Shown: in pieces, positions 31,412 to 45,081 of the stretch
Layout: every line of letters begins with the position of its first letter
Position numbering within the stretch: position 1 is the first letter of the stretch
NCBI RefSeq assembly: GCF_006345805.1
Contig: NC_043009.1
Coordinates: 22,196,001 to 22,260,000, forward strand
Source of the DNA: Octopus sinensis
Lineage: Eukaryota
Direction of reading: 5' to 3'
Length of the DNA: 64,000 nt
Notes under the pieces: model-generated
The model's database searches: none
What the model saw: the letters and a program-made list of their open reading frames with translations, nothing else
Told to the model about the DNA's origin: nothing
Translations under genes and position numbers: made by a program

Positions 31412-31526
31412 ACTTGTGGGAAATTGCTTAAATGTGGCCATCACACCTGTGAACAAGTGTGCCATGCTGAAGCTTGTGGGGACTGCCCAAGAAGTGGCTT
31501 GCGAAAATGTCCCTGTGGAAAAATGT
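31412..31526 (+). CDS. NFXL1: NFXL1 coding exon (first one visible in window), NF-X1-type zinc finger
   Basis: tacag|ACTTGT...ATGT|gtaagt; [38 protein letters not shown] matches recalled human NFXL1 [34 protein letters not shown]; ends phase 1. Confidence 0.93.
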
Positions 31527-32165
31527 GTAAGTTTTCAGAATTTTGTACTGAAAATTGTACTGTGGCACTCATGAATTAAAAGATACCATCATACAGAATA
31601 TTATTGTTGTAATAGTTGTTAAGGCAGCAAGCTGGCAGAATCGTTAGCATGCCAGGCAAAATGCTTAGCAGCATTTCGTCTGTCTTTACGTTCTGAGTTC
31701 AAATTCCGCCATGGTCAACTTTGCCTTTCATCCTTTTGGAGTCGATAAATTAAGTACCAGCAAAAATGCTGGAATCAATGCAATCAACTAGTCCCCCACC
31801 ACCACCACCACCAAAATATAAATAAATATATTTTCAGGCCTTGTGCCTTCAGTAGAAAGAATTATTGTTGTCATCGAATTTTCAGTTTAAGATTTGAAAT
31901 TCCTACAGACTCCGTACTTTCTGATTTTGAAATTAAATGAATTTTAAAATATCTAAAGCAAGCATCCTTCTAACAATTTACTGTTCAGTTTTTCACTCTT
32001 TCAACTTCACAATGTTTATCAATAAAATTTATACATGACAGAGACAATTTTTATTATTGGTAATTTTAAGATGGAGGGGCTATTTTTGTAAATATAGTCA
32101 GTAAGGGGATAAAAAGCATTAATTGGAGTAAGTTTATTTATATATGTTTGTTTATTTTTAAATAG

Positions 32166-32281
32166 CTGTTCAGTTACCCTGTACTAAGGATATTCCCACT
32201 TGTGGTGATACCTGCAATAAAAATTTGTCTTGTGGTGTACACCAATGTCAACAACGTTGCCATTCTGGACAGTGTGATATT
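32166..32281 (+). CDS. NFXL1: NFXL1 coding exon
   Basis: aatag|CT...GATATT|gtaagt; [38 protein letters not shown]; phase 1 to 0. Confidence 0.93.
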
Positions 32282-33515
32282 GTAAGTTAAAGAGCTTTAA
32301 TCTTTTAAAATATTTTGAAATCAAATAACAATAAATGCCTTAATAGTTGTACTTCAGTTTTACTACTTCCAGATATCTTGTCATACATAGGAATTGTAAA
32401 TTTATATTTCTTTCTGTTAAGTAATCTTTGTATACCAATTAAAAAATCAATAATACTAGTTTTAATATTTCGTGTATTCTAAGGCAGCAATCTGGTGGAA
32501 TCATTAGCATGCAGGGCAAAATGATTAGCGGCATTTCATCTGTCTTTATGATCTAAGTTCAAATTCCACTGAAATCAACTTTGACTTTCATCCTTTCAGA
32601 GTCAATAAAATAAGTACCAGTTGAACACTGGGGTCAATATAATCGATTAACCCCACTGCCCCCAAAATTACTGGCCTTGTGCCAAAATTTGAAACCAGTA
32701 TTTCATGTATTCAAAAGTAGTGATATTTAGTAGACTCAGTAGAATGTTGGCCAAGACATCTTGCAGTATTTTGTTGCTTTCTAAGACCTATCAAGCACTC
32801 AAGTTAGTATGATTAGTCATTCCTTGTTCCTTCCACTCAACATATAAGGCCTTGTGCTTGAGTTTGAAATCACAATTTTAGAAATTCATAAAACTAGCAC
32901 AATTTATGTAGGATAAAACAATATCCTACATACTTTAGTCAGCATGAATGAAGACGAGTATAAAACTATTTTCACAATTACATGATTGGCTCAGTAGGAA
33001 CAAGTGCATATAACATACGTCACACAGATTTCTAAATTTGCAAAACTTGTTATCAACACCATAAGAAAGACAGGTTTTTAACATATTGCTGTTTAATACT
33101 GTCTTATTGAACATCTGGTAAATGTAATAATATACAATAATTTTGTAATTAATTTCATGCTACAGAGCAGTTATAAATTATCAAATTTACTTTTATATTA
33201 TTTCTAAAACTAGCGATTCTTATTTTTTAAATGAAGGATTTGCTTTCTGCTAGAAACATCTAAAACATCAACTAGTAGTTCTGCTTTATTTTTTCTGATA
33301 TAAAACCAAAAGAAAAAGTATCAAAAAGAAAATAATGAGCAGAAATATAATTAGAAGTTGCTGTTTAGAATATGTTAACTTGAGAGGGTCAGATGCATTA
33401 CTAGAATAATTATTTAATGAGATGTATGCTAATCTAAATCTAGTTAATTTTTTAATTAATGTTTGATGTTGCATCCAAATTTAATTTTCATCCTTAATGA
33501 AAATTGTTATTTCAG

Positions 33516-33647
33516 TGTCGTCAAACAATAGTGAAAAAATGTCGTTGTGCGCAAAGGAGAAAAGAAGTGCCTTGCTGCAAAGACTACATTTGTGACATGA
33601 AATGTCAGAAGATGAGAGACTGTGGGCGACATCAGTGCAAACGGAAG
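33516..33647 (+). CDS. NFXL1: NFXL1 coding exon
   Basis: ttcag|TGTCGT...CGGAAG|gtaaat; CRQTIVKKCRCAQRRKEVPCCKDYICDMKCQKMRDCGRHQCKRK; 44 codons. Confidence 0.93.
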
Positions 33648-33987
33648 GTAAATAATTTCATAGATATTTCCTGTATTGTCATCTCTACTATAAGTTGATT
33701 GTGGAGTTAGAAGTCTGAGACTTTGATGTGGTTGTATAAGAAATAGACATAACACATGCCTGCCATTGTGGCAAATTTAAACGAGACTCTTCAAGGCTGT
33801 TTAGTTCCAAACAATAAAGTTAACAAAGAAATTTTTGTTCTTATATGATGCTTTTCTATATGATGAGGCTGGATGTGAACAATCAATAGTAAGAGGTTAT
33901 TGGAAAATTAATTAAATGATTCCAATGAGTATTTTTCCTTCTATCATAAAATGCTTCTTGCTAAACAGCATGATTAAGTATATAAAT

Positions 33988-34157
33988 CAGTGGTTCCTAG
34001 CCTGTAGTCCATGGACCCCTGGTGGTCCACAGACTAATTCAAAATTTCATATATATATATATATACATGTATGTAGTATACATACATGCATACGGATAAG
34101 CATATTAAAAGGGGTCCATGGGAAAACTCATTTAAATAAAATGGCTGGGAACCACTG
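33988..34157. mobile_element. hAT-like MITE
   Basis: TIR cagtggttcc / ggaaccactg; 8-bp TSD atataaat / atgtaaat (7/8). Confidence 0.75.
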
Positions 34158-35202
34158 ATGTAAATACTCATGTGTGCATGAATGAATATGCCTTACAACA
34201 AATAGTGCTTCGTTTTTATGTGTTATTTCTTAAGTGTTTTAATTAATTTAATCTCTGGTCTTTTTCGAGTGCTCTTTTTTTTAACAATCTTTAAAATATG
34301 CATTGTGTTCTACGAGACAGTAACACATTGATTAACATAACTGTTTTCTGTAATTATCAACTAATGTTGATATTCCTAGTTACAATTTAATGAATTGTGT
34401 ACCTATACTTTTAAACTAGGACTGGTCAAATATGACACCAATTAAGTATAGTTAAATGACAACATAAATAATTTAATAAAGTAATCTTGACTATTCTAAT
34501 GTTTTACTCCACTGTATCAAGTAGTACAACAGCATATATTTATATTAGTTTATCAGTGTAATGATGTTAGATATTGAGAAACTTTTTGGTTCAAGTTATT
34601 GGTTCAACATCGGAGACTCCCTTGAGTCCTGAATGACCATGGGATTACACCTAGAAAGTTACCCTCCGAGGCACAAGTCTGGACAAGGTTGTTTATGGAA
34701 GACCAGCAGTCACCCATGCATACCAGCCTCCCCTCTCCATGCCACCGATGTCAAGGGAAAGGCAAAGGCCAATACAGCTTGGCATCAGTGATGTTGCAAC
34801 TCATTTCTACAGCTGAATTAACTGGAGCAACATGGAATAAAGTATCTTGCTCAAGAACACAACATGCAGCCCAGTCCAGAATTCGAACTCCCAACCTCAC
34901 AGTCATAAGTTTGACACTCTAATCACTGAGCCATGTGCCTTCACTAGGTTCAACATACATATATTATCATTCATACACTACTTGAAGATCAAAAGGTGGT
35001 TTTTAGTTTTGTTGCACATGTTATCTTTAAACAAAACCAAAATAATGCATATCAGCTATCAGGACATGATTGATAAAAAGTATCCTTCTTGAGACTTCGG
35101 TGATGTAATCATTCCTTTAGTGTAGTTCTTAATATTTGTGAGATAAATATGCAGCCCATGCTACAGCTATATGTTTCTTGTCTTATTTTTTTTTTATCTT
35201 AG

Positions 35203-35293
35203 TGCTGTGATGGCAGATGCCCTATTTGTGAACAAGTGTGTGGTAGATCCTTATCATGTCGAAATCACAAGTGCTCAAGTAAATGTCACCAAG
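35203..35293 (+). CDS. NFXL1: NFXL1 coding exon
   Basis: cttag|TGCTGT...CAAG|gtaagt; [30 protein letters not shown]; phase 0 to 1. Confidence 0.92.
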
Positions 35294-36087
35294 GTAAGTT
35301 AACAGCGAATTAGTACTATTCTAAGAAATGATAGTTTCGTGAATATTTTCTTGTTTATTATGATGACTTTACTATTTCTGTATTTCACTGAAGTTTTGGA
35401 TTTGCAGATAATGAGTGACTAGTAACATTTGTAGAGTATTACAGTTCTTGTATAGCAGCACAGAAATCACAGCTGAAGATGAGCAGGAAAGACACTTCAA
35501 TATGTTAGTATACAAAAAGAGAAATCTGTTACTGTGATGTGTAAGTGTTGAGAATTGCTTAATGTATGCTAATATAGTAAACTGGGTGAAGACAGCAAGC
35601 TGGCAGAGTCATTAGCATGCCAAGCAAAATGCTTAGTGGCATTATGTCTGTCCGTATGTTCTGAGTTCAAATTGAGCTAAGATCAATTTTGCCTTTCATC
35701 CTTTTGGGGTGTTGAACACTGGAGCCAATGTAATCAACTTAACCCCTCCCCCAAACTTGCTGGTCTTGTGCCAAAATTTGAAACTAATATAGTAAACTGA
35801 GTGATTGTGGTTGGCTGAATTGGCCATGTACTGAACAATCAGCAGTTTATTTTTTGTCAACAGCAATGAGTCAAATACTTCAACCCATTTATCTATAAAT
35901 TAGTACCATAGGATAGAAACAACTGTTAATGATTAGACTGCAAAACTAAGCTTGTTTGTCGGCTTACAGCACCAAGTACTACTTTTCCAATGCTCTTGGA
36001 GAGAGTAATAGTAAAGAGTCATTCCAGTACTTGAACATTTTTAAAAAAACATTTTTAACATTGTTTTTCAATATTTACCTTAAACAG

Positions 36088-36208
36088 GACCATGTTATCC
36101 TTGTACCATGACTGTTGACAAATACTGTTTCTGTAAATCTACCTACATCACTGTTCCATGTGGTCGGGAAAAAGTCATAAAACCACCAAAATGTAACCAA
36201 ACATGCAA
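36088..36208 (+). CDS. NFXL1: NFXL1 coding exon
   Basis: aacag|GACCA...TGCAA|gtaagt; GPCYPCTMTVDKYCFCKSTYITVPCGREKVIKPPKCNQTC; phase 1 to 2. Confidence 0.92.
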
Positions 36209-36578
36209 GTAAGTTATTTTGCAGTACTCACATCTGTTTCTTTCTTCTTTTTTTTTTTTTAATCTGTTTTAGCACTGCATTCCCTCAGTTCAAATTCTGA
36301 TAGGGTTAACATATTTTATCTGAGTTTGATAAAATGAGAAATATGCAGGAGATGACTCAGTTAAGAGTGTCCCCTTTCTAGTAAAAATCAATCTTTTGTA
36401 TTATCAAAAGAAATCCTGATTACTACTGCTGTCACTATCTCATGTTTAAAAATCACTAAAATAAAGGAACTCCACTAGCAAATAAAGCTGGCAAAGTAAA
36501 TGGCAGAAATTTGACATTCCAAACAAGACCCTGTCAGATTTTTATTTCTTACAGCACACTAAATTACTTAACCTACTT

Positions 36579-39271
36579 CATCATCATCATCACCATTTAG
36601 CGTCCGTTTTCCATGCTAGCATGGGTTGGACGGTTCAACTGGGGTCTGTGAAGCTGGAAGGCTTCATCAGGCCCAGTCAGATCTGGCAGTGTTTCTACGG
36701 CTGGATGCCCTTCCTAACGCCAACCACTCCGTGAGTGTAGTGGGTGCTTTTTACGTGCCACCCGCACAGGTGCCAGACAGAGCTGGCAAACGGCCATGAA
36801 CGGACGGTGCTTTTACATGTCACCGGCACGGGGGCCAGGCGAGACTGGCAACGGACACGAGCGGATGGTGCTTTTACATGCCACCGGCACGGGGGGGCCA
36901 GGTGAGGCTGGCAACGGACACGAACGGATGGTGCTTTTAACCACAGCTGCAATTCCCACTGATGTTGATCGACCTCAATTTTGGTTCTGCTTTCTGATAT
37001 ATGATTTGATTTGGTTTGATTTTGATTTTGACTGTTCTCACTGGTCTTGCCGGGTCTTCTCACGCACAGCATACTTCCATAGGTCTCGGTCTCTGGTCAT
37101 TTCCTTGGTGAGATCTAAAGTTCGAAGGTCGTGCTTCACCACCTCGACCCAGGTTTTCCTGGGTCTACCTCTTCCACAGGTTCCCTCAACTGCCAGGGTG
37201 TGGCACTTTCGCACACAACTATCTTCAGCCATTCTCATCACATGACCATACCAGTGCAAACGTCTCTCTTGCACACAACAACTGATGCTTCTTAGGTCCA
37301 ACTTTTCTCTCAAGGTACTTACACTCTGTCGATTATGAACACTGACATTACACATCCATCGGAGTATACTAACTTCATTTCTTGCGAGCTTACGCAAATC
37401 CTCAGCAGTCACAGCCCAAGTTTCACTACCATGTAGCATGGCTGTACGTACACATGCATCATACAGTCTGCCTTTTACTTTGAGCGAGAGGCCTTTTGTC
37501 ACCAGCAGGGGTAAGAGCTCTCTAAACTTTGCCCAGGCTATTCTTACTCTAGCAGTTACACTTTCAGCACACCTGCCCCCGCTACTGACTTGGTCACCTA
37601 GGTAGCAGAAACTATCAACTACTTCTAGTTTTTCTCCCTGGAACATGGTAGAAGTTGGTCTCTGCATATTTTCAGAGTTTATTGCTCCTGAGCATCTGCC
37701 ACAGATAAAAACTATTTTCCTAGTTAGACTTCCTTTGACATTACTACATCTCTTATGTGTCCATAGCTTACATTTGGTGCATCTTATAGAGTTTCTACCT
37801 ACGCCTTTTCTACAGATCGAGCAGGGCCATCTACCTGAAGGCGTTTGTGATTGGTCTACCTTCCTACTTATTAGGAGTTTCGTTTTGGCTAGGTTGATTC
37901 TAAGGCCCTTTGATTCTAAACCTTGCTTCCATACCTGAAACTTCTCCTCTAGTTCTGATAGAGACTCAGCAATTAGAGCAAGGTCATCAGCATAGAGGAG
38001 CTCCCAGGGGCATCCTGTCTTGAATTCCTCCGTTATTGCTTGGAGGACTATGATAAATAGGAGGGGACTGAGGACTGAACCTTGGTGGACCCCAACCTCT
38101 ACCCTGAATTCATTACTGTACTCGATGCCAACCCTCACCTTACTAGCAGCGTCTCTGTACATGGCTTGTACAGCTCTCACTAACCATTCATCTATCCCTA
38201 GTTTCCTCATTGACCACCAGATAAGGGATCGGGGGACCCTGTCGAAGGCTTTCTCCATATCAACAAAAGCCAGGTATAGGGGCTTGTCTTTGGCTAGGTA
38301 TTTCTCCTGCAGCTGTCTTATCAGGAAAATAGCATCAGTAGTACTTTTCCCTGGCACAAACCCAAACTGCATCTGATCTAGTCTAACTCTCTCTCTAATT
38401 AGTTGAGCTATAACCCTCTCCGTAACCTTCATTACCTGATCCAGCAGCTTGATACCCCAGTAGTTATTTGTATCTAGGGCGTCACCTTTACCTTTGTAGC
38501 AGTTGACTATTATGCTGCTACACCAGTCATTGGGAATGACTCCTTCGTGTATCACCTGGTTAACTATACGGGTGACTAGGCTATAGCCGACACTACCAGA
38601 TATTTTGAGCATCTCTGCAGTAATTCCTGATGGGCCTGGGGCTTTCTCTGTTTTCATGCTTGTAATTGCCTTAACTACTAAGGAGCTGTCAACTCGGATT
38701 GCTGGTCCCTCTGTTGGGTCAACATTCGGCAGACTCTCTTTATCCCATTCATTTTCCTCATTCAGCAACCTTTCATAGTGGCATCTCCAAACCTCTCTCT
38801 TTGCATCCTCATTTAGCGCAAGTGAGCCGTCATCCGTGCGAACACATTTTTCTCCTACCACGTCACGATTCTCTCTCACACACTGTCTTGCTATACGAAA
38901 TACCTCAAGTCTTTCATCCTCACAGCACAGGACATTGGCAAATTTTTTCTTATCTGCTTCCCCTCTGGCTAAATACACCTGCCTCCTAGCTTCCCTTCTT
39001 GCAATCTGATACACTTCCCTGCTACCACCGTTCTTCCAGTCCTTCCAAGCCTGTTTCTTTTGTCTAATAGCCCTGTCAACAGTATTGTTCCACCACCACG
39101 TTATTTTGGGTCTTGTGGGGACTTTGCACCAGCCACAGATATGGTCAGTGGCTTTCAGCAGGTTGTCCCTTAGAAGCGCCCAGTTATCTTCTACCCCATG
39201 TGTAGCTATACCCCCTTCTATTTCGTCGAAGGCTTCAAGTAACATGTCTCTAAATCTCTGTCCATTTGCAG
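36579..39271 (-). mobile_element. 5'-truncated RTE LINE with uninterrupted RT frame, antisense in an NFXL1 intron
   Basis: ORF 37038-39356 (element part ends near 39271) with PLLF, LLYADD, YLG motifs; close paralog of 4951-8600; (ATG)n tail. Confidence 0.95.
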
Positions 39272-39460
39272 AAAAAAAGTTTACAACTTGGTTCCAGTTC
39301 CATATTAGAATTTCTTTTTTTTTTTTTATATCCCTTAATAGCTTTAAGGAAGGCATGAATGTTGCTACAATGTAAAAATTAAATTGCTGTTAATTTATGT
39401 AATCTCAAGCTAATATTTCTGTCGTTTGTGCCTTGAAATTTTCTTTTTCTTTTTTGAAAG

Positions 39461-39623
39461 GATTCCATCTGATTGCCACCATCCTGATCGTAAGCCACAC
39501 CGATGTCATTTTGGAGACTGTCCACCTTGTAAGAATGTTTGTAACAATCAACTCCCTAACTGTTCTCATTTCTGTCCAATGCTATGCCATGATGCTGTCA
39601 AGGTTAAGAAACCAATCAACCCG
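39461..39623 (+). CDS. NFXL1: NFXL1 coding exon
   Basis: gaaag|GATT...AACCCG|gtacgt; IPSDCHHPDRKPHRCHFGDCPPCKNVCNNQLPNCSHFCPMLCHDAVKVKKPINP; phase 2 to 0. Confidence 0.92.
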
Positions 39624-41249
39624 GTACGTATACAATACTATGACTGACTTTAGTAACTGTAATGTGGTATAATTCATGGCCTTTCTGTGTGTATAATAGG
39701 ATGAGGTTGATGAGAATGGGGTAGAGTTGAGCAAGATGTTTGAATAGTTGACAAGGTGTTTGTGGTGAGCATATGTGTGTATATATGCAATAAAATGAGA
39801 TTGATTGTCTTTGATAGAAGGGTCATACCTGAATGAAAGGAGGAGAACTAAGGAGCAACTATGTTTGTGTATGAGCAAGAAAAAGGGAAAGTAAAATATT
39901 GAGGGTATGAAAATGCGTAGAAAGTAAGTTAAGGATGTTTGGTGAAAGATATTTAAGAAAGTAAGAGTGAAAGAGTTTGTGTAGTCAAGATACAAGTCAG
40001 AGGGTAAGTACATAGAGTATGTAACTGAATTATTAGGAAAAAAGGGTTTGAAAAAAACAAGGTTTTAGTATATGAAATAAATTACTTTAGAGGACTTGTT
40101 GGCCTAGTATATGTGCAAACTAGGAATCACTAGCCTTTGATTCCAATATTAGCAACAAAGTTTCCTGTAGGAATTCAGGTAAATATACTGTGACTACTCA
40201 ACTTCTTCTTTTTAATTTGCTGTGTCTGGAGGAAGTAGCAGAGCTTATGACTTATGTAGGTGCTCTAGTTCAGTCAGGTTTGATACCATTAATGTTCCAT
40301 TTAAATTATTGTAGATCAAAGCTTGCAGGAAAGACACAAGCAAGGAGAATATTCTAGAGGGTCCATATTCTAGGGAGGGAGAACCAGGTTCAATGAAATA
40401 GTGTGGGGTCAGGATGGTTGGACACAACAGAGGTTACTAGAAATAAAGATGCAAAGGGATTGCGGTTGCCTGAATGGAGGAGACTCATGACAAGCCAGCA
40501 CCAAAGAACTGAGGTGCCTTGAAAAGTTTAACCACCAAGTTAAGAGAATATAAACAAACCAATACCTGTTATCAAGCAGTGGGGGGGGGACAAAATAAAG
40601 ACATACACATAGATACATACACACAGACACACACAATGGGTTTCTTTTAATTTTCAACTACCAAATACACTCACAAGATTTTAGTTGACTTATTGAGTTT
40701 ATTGAAGAAGACTTGCCCAAGGTGCCATATAATGGAACTGAACCTGAAACCCTAAGAAGCAAATTTCTTACCCTATACTATTGTCTGTACCAATGGTACT
40801 TATCACACAGCCATACCTGCACCTATACACACACTTCTGTTTTATATCTATTTTTCTATGCCAGCATCGGTAGTTTAGTTTGTTGTTGAATGATTGTTAT
40901 GATTGGAAGACTTTTCTTTTGATGAGCTCTCAATAATGAAGAATGAGTAGAATTTGTTCTCTAGTCAGATAAATTGAAGCAAGTAGAATTATGTACCTTG
41001 GCACACACAATTCAATGGCAATACTCTGTAATAATTTAAACAATTCGCCAATATTACGTTAATCCAGTATTTTAACCCCACAGCTGTTATTGATTTATCA
41101 AGTTGAATTTAATGCATCTAGTGGAACAAAATGTTAATCTTATGTGTTGTAGTTAATTAGCCACCTGCATAAATAAACTAGGTTGCTTTCTTTGATATTC
41201 CTTCTCTTTTTCTCTTTTAATCATTTTTTTTCTTTCTTTAAATCACCAG

Positions 41250-41357
41250 TTGTTGTATTCCAATAAACATAAAATTGTGGACCAGTTTGAAAAAATAAAG
41301 AAACCATGCCCTCCTTGTCAAGTAATTGTGGAACAAAAATGTCTTGGGAAACATGAA
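41250..41357 (+). CDS. NFXL1: NFXL1 coding exon
   Basis: accag|TTGTTG...CATGAA|gtaagc; LLYSNKHKIVDQFEKIKKPCPPCQVIVEQKCLGKHE (human LPCPPCQVPIPMECLGKHE). Confidence 0.9.
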
Positions 41358-42289
41358 GTAAGCTTTTAATTAAGTTTATTGTGTCTTGATAGTGATATGT
41401 TTATATTCTTTTTTAACTGCTTCCTAAACTGCAAAAGTTAGGCAGTTTTGTAAATTTGAGGAGTTCCCCTAGATTATATATATGTATCTCATTGAACTTG
41501 TCCTGTACTTTAACCAACTTGAACTGTCCTCTAAAAGCAAATTATAGTCTTGAGTTAAAATATAAATTTGTTTACAAACCCCAAGGATTATTTGTGTGAC
41601 TTGTGCTTAGCTCTGGATCAGAGATAATTCTACTGGGTAGGATACTGGCCTTTGTGTGTAACCTTCCCAGAAAATCCTAGCAGCTATACTATGGTAACAC
41701 AATAATTAGAGCAGTGTAAATGTTAGAAACACCCACCAAAGAGCAAAAAAAATCTAAAGTAGATTTGAACTCACATCTCATGAACCAGTGGTCCAATATT
41801 TTACCCATTAAGCTATTTTCTTGCCTCCTTAGGACTTAATGATTAAAAAAGTTAACAAAAGCCAAAATCAATTAAGTTTCCAACAGCAATTATTTTGTAT
41901 CTTTCAGCAGTCCATTATTATTTTGTGTACTTCATTCAGCCTTGTAAAATAGGTACTACTTTCATTTTACACCTGAATGATTGATAACTTTCATCAACCA
42001 CCAGATTTGTGGTGCACCATCAACTAAATTGTGTTTTGTAGTATATCTATCTCCTGAACGATAATTGTAATATACTTGCTGAATGATTTGAGCCCTACTC
42101 TGCAAAAATAGAAAACTAAATATATATGAGATGATATAGAATAAGAACAAACTCAAATATCTTATTGTACAGACATGTACAACTCTTGCTAACTTGAAAA
42201 GCAAATTGAACATTAACTTTCAGGATTGTGGTGCAGATATTTCCATTTTTTCATATTTTTCCTTTTTCTATTTTTTTTCTAATTTACAG

Positions 42290-42421
42290 GTAAATGAATT
42301 TGCTTGTTCAGCTGTTGTTCCGTATTCTTGTAAGAGGGCTTGTAACCGTTTACTTCCCTGTACCAATCATTCATGTGTCTTAGAATGCCATGAAGTTAAA
42401 AATGCTGCTGATGAGAAAAGT
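42290..42421 (+). CDS. NFXL1: NFXL1 coding exon
   Basis: tacag|GTAAAT...AAAAGT|gtaaga; VNEFACSAVVPYSCKRACNRLLPCTNHSCVLECHEVKNAADEKS. Confidence 0.92.
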
Positions 42422-43469
42422 GTAAGATATTAATTATAACTTATTTGTTGGGTTCTATTAGTTTTAGCTAATGCATTTAGTGATGAAGGCACATGACTTA
42501 GGGGCTAGAGTATTCAGCTCTCAATCATAAGGTCATGATTTTGATACCCAGTGGCATGCCATGTCCTGGAGGAAAATTTCACATTGCTCCAGTCCACTCA
42601 GATAGCAAAAATGAGTTGTACCTGTATTTCAAATGGCCAGCCTTGTCACATACTGTGTTATGTTGAATCTCCTGGAGAACTACATTAAAGGTATGCATGT
42701 GCCTATCACTTGCACATTAATTCCACAAGCAGACTTTTCTGTGGATCAGTTTAAACACTCATCATAACCAACAGAGTACCAGTTCCAGTAGAATGCACCT
42801 GGTATGACAGAAAATGATAAAACACTGCCTGCTACACTTAAGCACAATCAGTCACAGATGTAAACTAACGCACATGCACATGAGTATACACACACAGTGG
42901 TTCTCTGTCAATTTCGTTCTACCAAATCCATTTGCAAGGCTTTGGTCAGCCAAGGGCTATAGTAGAAGACACTTGCTTAAGGTATCTTGCTTAAAACCAT
43001 GTGCTTGGAAGGTGAACTTCTCTACCACACAGCCCTACATACAGATATAAAAAATAAAATACGATTTTGTCTATAAACACATGAAGCCACATAAAGAGCT
43101 CCTGTGCCAACACCATATAAAAAGCACCCATTCTGGTGCCACATAAAAAGCATCCAGTACACTCTGTAAAGCGATTGGCATTAGGAAGGGTATATAGCCA
43201 TAGAAACCAAGCCAAAACAGATTACTGGAGCCCGGTGCAACCTTTCATTTTGTCAGCTCCTGTCAAACCATCCAACCCATGCCAGCATGGAAAACTGACG
43301 TTAAATGATGATGGGGATGATGATGATTAGGTTGAAGTAGCTCATTGTTAATAAGTATTATATTACTTGACAGATGTCTCATTAGGTTTGAAATTAGTAA
43401 TCAAGTAAATTCACAAGTTTAGGAAGAAAATGATTATTCTTGATAATTTCTTTTTCTTTTTAATTTCAG

Positions 43470-43706
43470 GCTGGATCCAATTGCTCAAAATGTGAAGAGG
43501 AATGTTCAAAACCACGACTCCCTGGTTGTAATCATGAGTGTTCATTACCATGTCATTCTGGTGACTGTCCACCATGTTCAGAGATAATTCGAATGCGCTG
43601 TCACTGTCGAAACATACTGAAATACATTCAGTGTTACAAATGGACTACTGCTGATACAGAATCAAAATCTGTCTTAAAGTCTTGTGGACTTGATTGTCCT
43701 AAAGTG
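43470..43706 (+). CDS. NFXL1: NFXL1 coding exon
   Basis: ttcag|GCTGGA...AAAGTG|gtgagt; AGSNCSKCEEECSKPRLPGCNHECSLPCHSGDCPPCSEIIRMRCHC...CGLDCPKV; 79 codons. Confidence 0.93.
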
Positions 43707-44653
43707 GTGAGTATTTTTTGCATTAGTCACATTTGAAAATTGTCTGAGTTATCATTGTCCTTTTAGCATCCACTTTTCCATGGTTGTATGGATCAGATGA
43801 AATTTATCAAGGTAGATTTATGACCCAATGGTCTTCCTATTGCCAATGTGATTTAGAAAAATTAAGTGTATAAGAACTTGGATGAAAGTGAAAGAGCACA
43901 AAGAAGGAAAATTGTAAGAATTTATGATCATCATCATTATTTAAAGACCTCTGTTATATGGTTGCATGGGTCACACTGACTTTATTGAGGCAGATTTTTC
44001 TATGGCTGAACGCCATTCCTGTCACAAACCTTCACCTGTTTCCAAGCAAGGTAATACTTCCCATGCCTAGATATGATTTTCCATGGAAGACTGGAAATGA
44101 ATAACATTGCTTGTATGATGGTGATGCTCAGTTGCAATTACCACATGCTGTCTACACACACGTGATATACATGACAGGCTTCTTTCAATTTCAACCTACC
44201 AAATTCACCTACAAGGCTTTGGTTGTCCTAGGTTACACTAATAGACACTTCCCAAGGTGCCATGCAGTAGGACTTGAACCCAAGACATGGTTGTGAAGTA
44301 AGCTTCTTAATCACACAACCACACCTACATCTACATCTACTTTTTCTTGCACAAATTTGGGGGGAATTTGATTTAGAGATACTGAAAATTAAATTAAACA
44401 CTCTGCTTTATTCAAAAAATTCAAGTGTATATGATATTTTGGTGTAAGTGTAATATCATCTTGATAAAGCTTACATAATTGTTGTTGTCCACTTTAAACT
44501 ACTGACCATGAAGTCAGCAGTCCAGCATTTTATCCACTTTGCCACTGTGCTTCTCATATAAGTTCTCTAGACATTTTGTAGAATGACTTCTGTATAGCCA
44601 TATCTACTTTGAAAACTGTTTATGTTTTCTCCTTTTGTTTGTTCTTAAAAAAG

Positions 44654-44848
44654 ATGCCATGTGATCACAAATGTCCTATGATTTGTCACCCTGGAGACTG
44701 TTGTCCGAATGGCTGTGAGAAGAGAAAGTCTGTTCGCTGTCCATGTAAACGCAGGAAAAAAGAATTCATTTGTTCAATGGTAACATCAGGGAAAGCCCAG
44801 GTGAAATGTGACGATGTGTGTAGAGAGATTCAATTAAAGCAAAAGCAG
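44654..44848 (+). CDS. NFXL1: NFXL1 coding exon
   Basis: aaaag|ATGCCA...AAGCAG|gtaaaa; MPCDHKCPMICHPGDCCPNGCEKRKSVRCPCKRRKKEFIC...VKCDDVCREIQLKQKQ. Confidence 0.92.
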
Positions 44849-45081
44849 GTAAAAATTCATTATCTATTTAATCCGTGAATTGCATTAGATACATTACTTA
44901 ATTTTTTTCTCTTTTCGTACATATATAAAAAAGTACCAGTAATATATTGGTTTTCTTTATAAATTGTATATCTTTGGTTGGATAATTCACTTTTGAATTA
45001 AATTAGTATTAGTGACTATATGGTCATGAAATAAGTATTATTACTACTACTGCTGCTGTTGTTGTTATTATTATTATTAAG

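Noticed and set aside
42281-42296. AG|GTAAAT at an NFXL1 exon start as a recursive splice site
   Set aside because: Explained by a Val codon at the exon start; flanking introns are only about 1 kb
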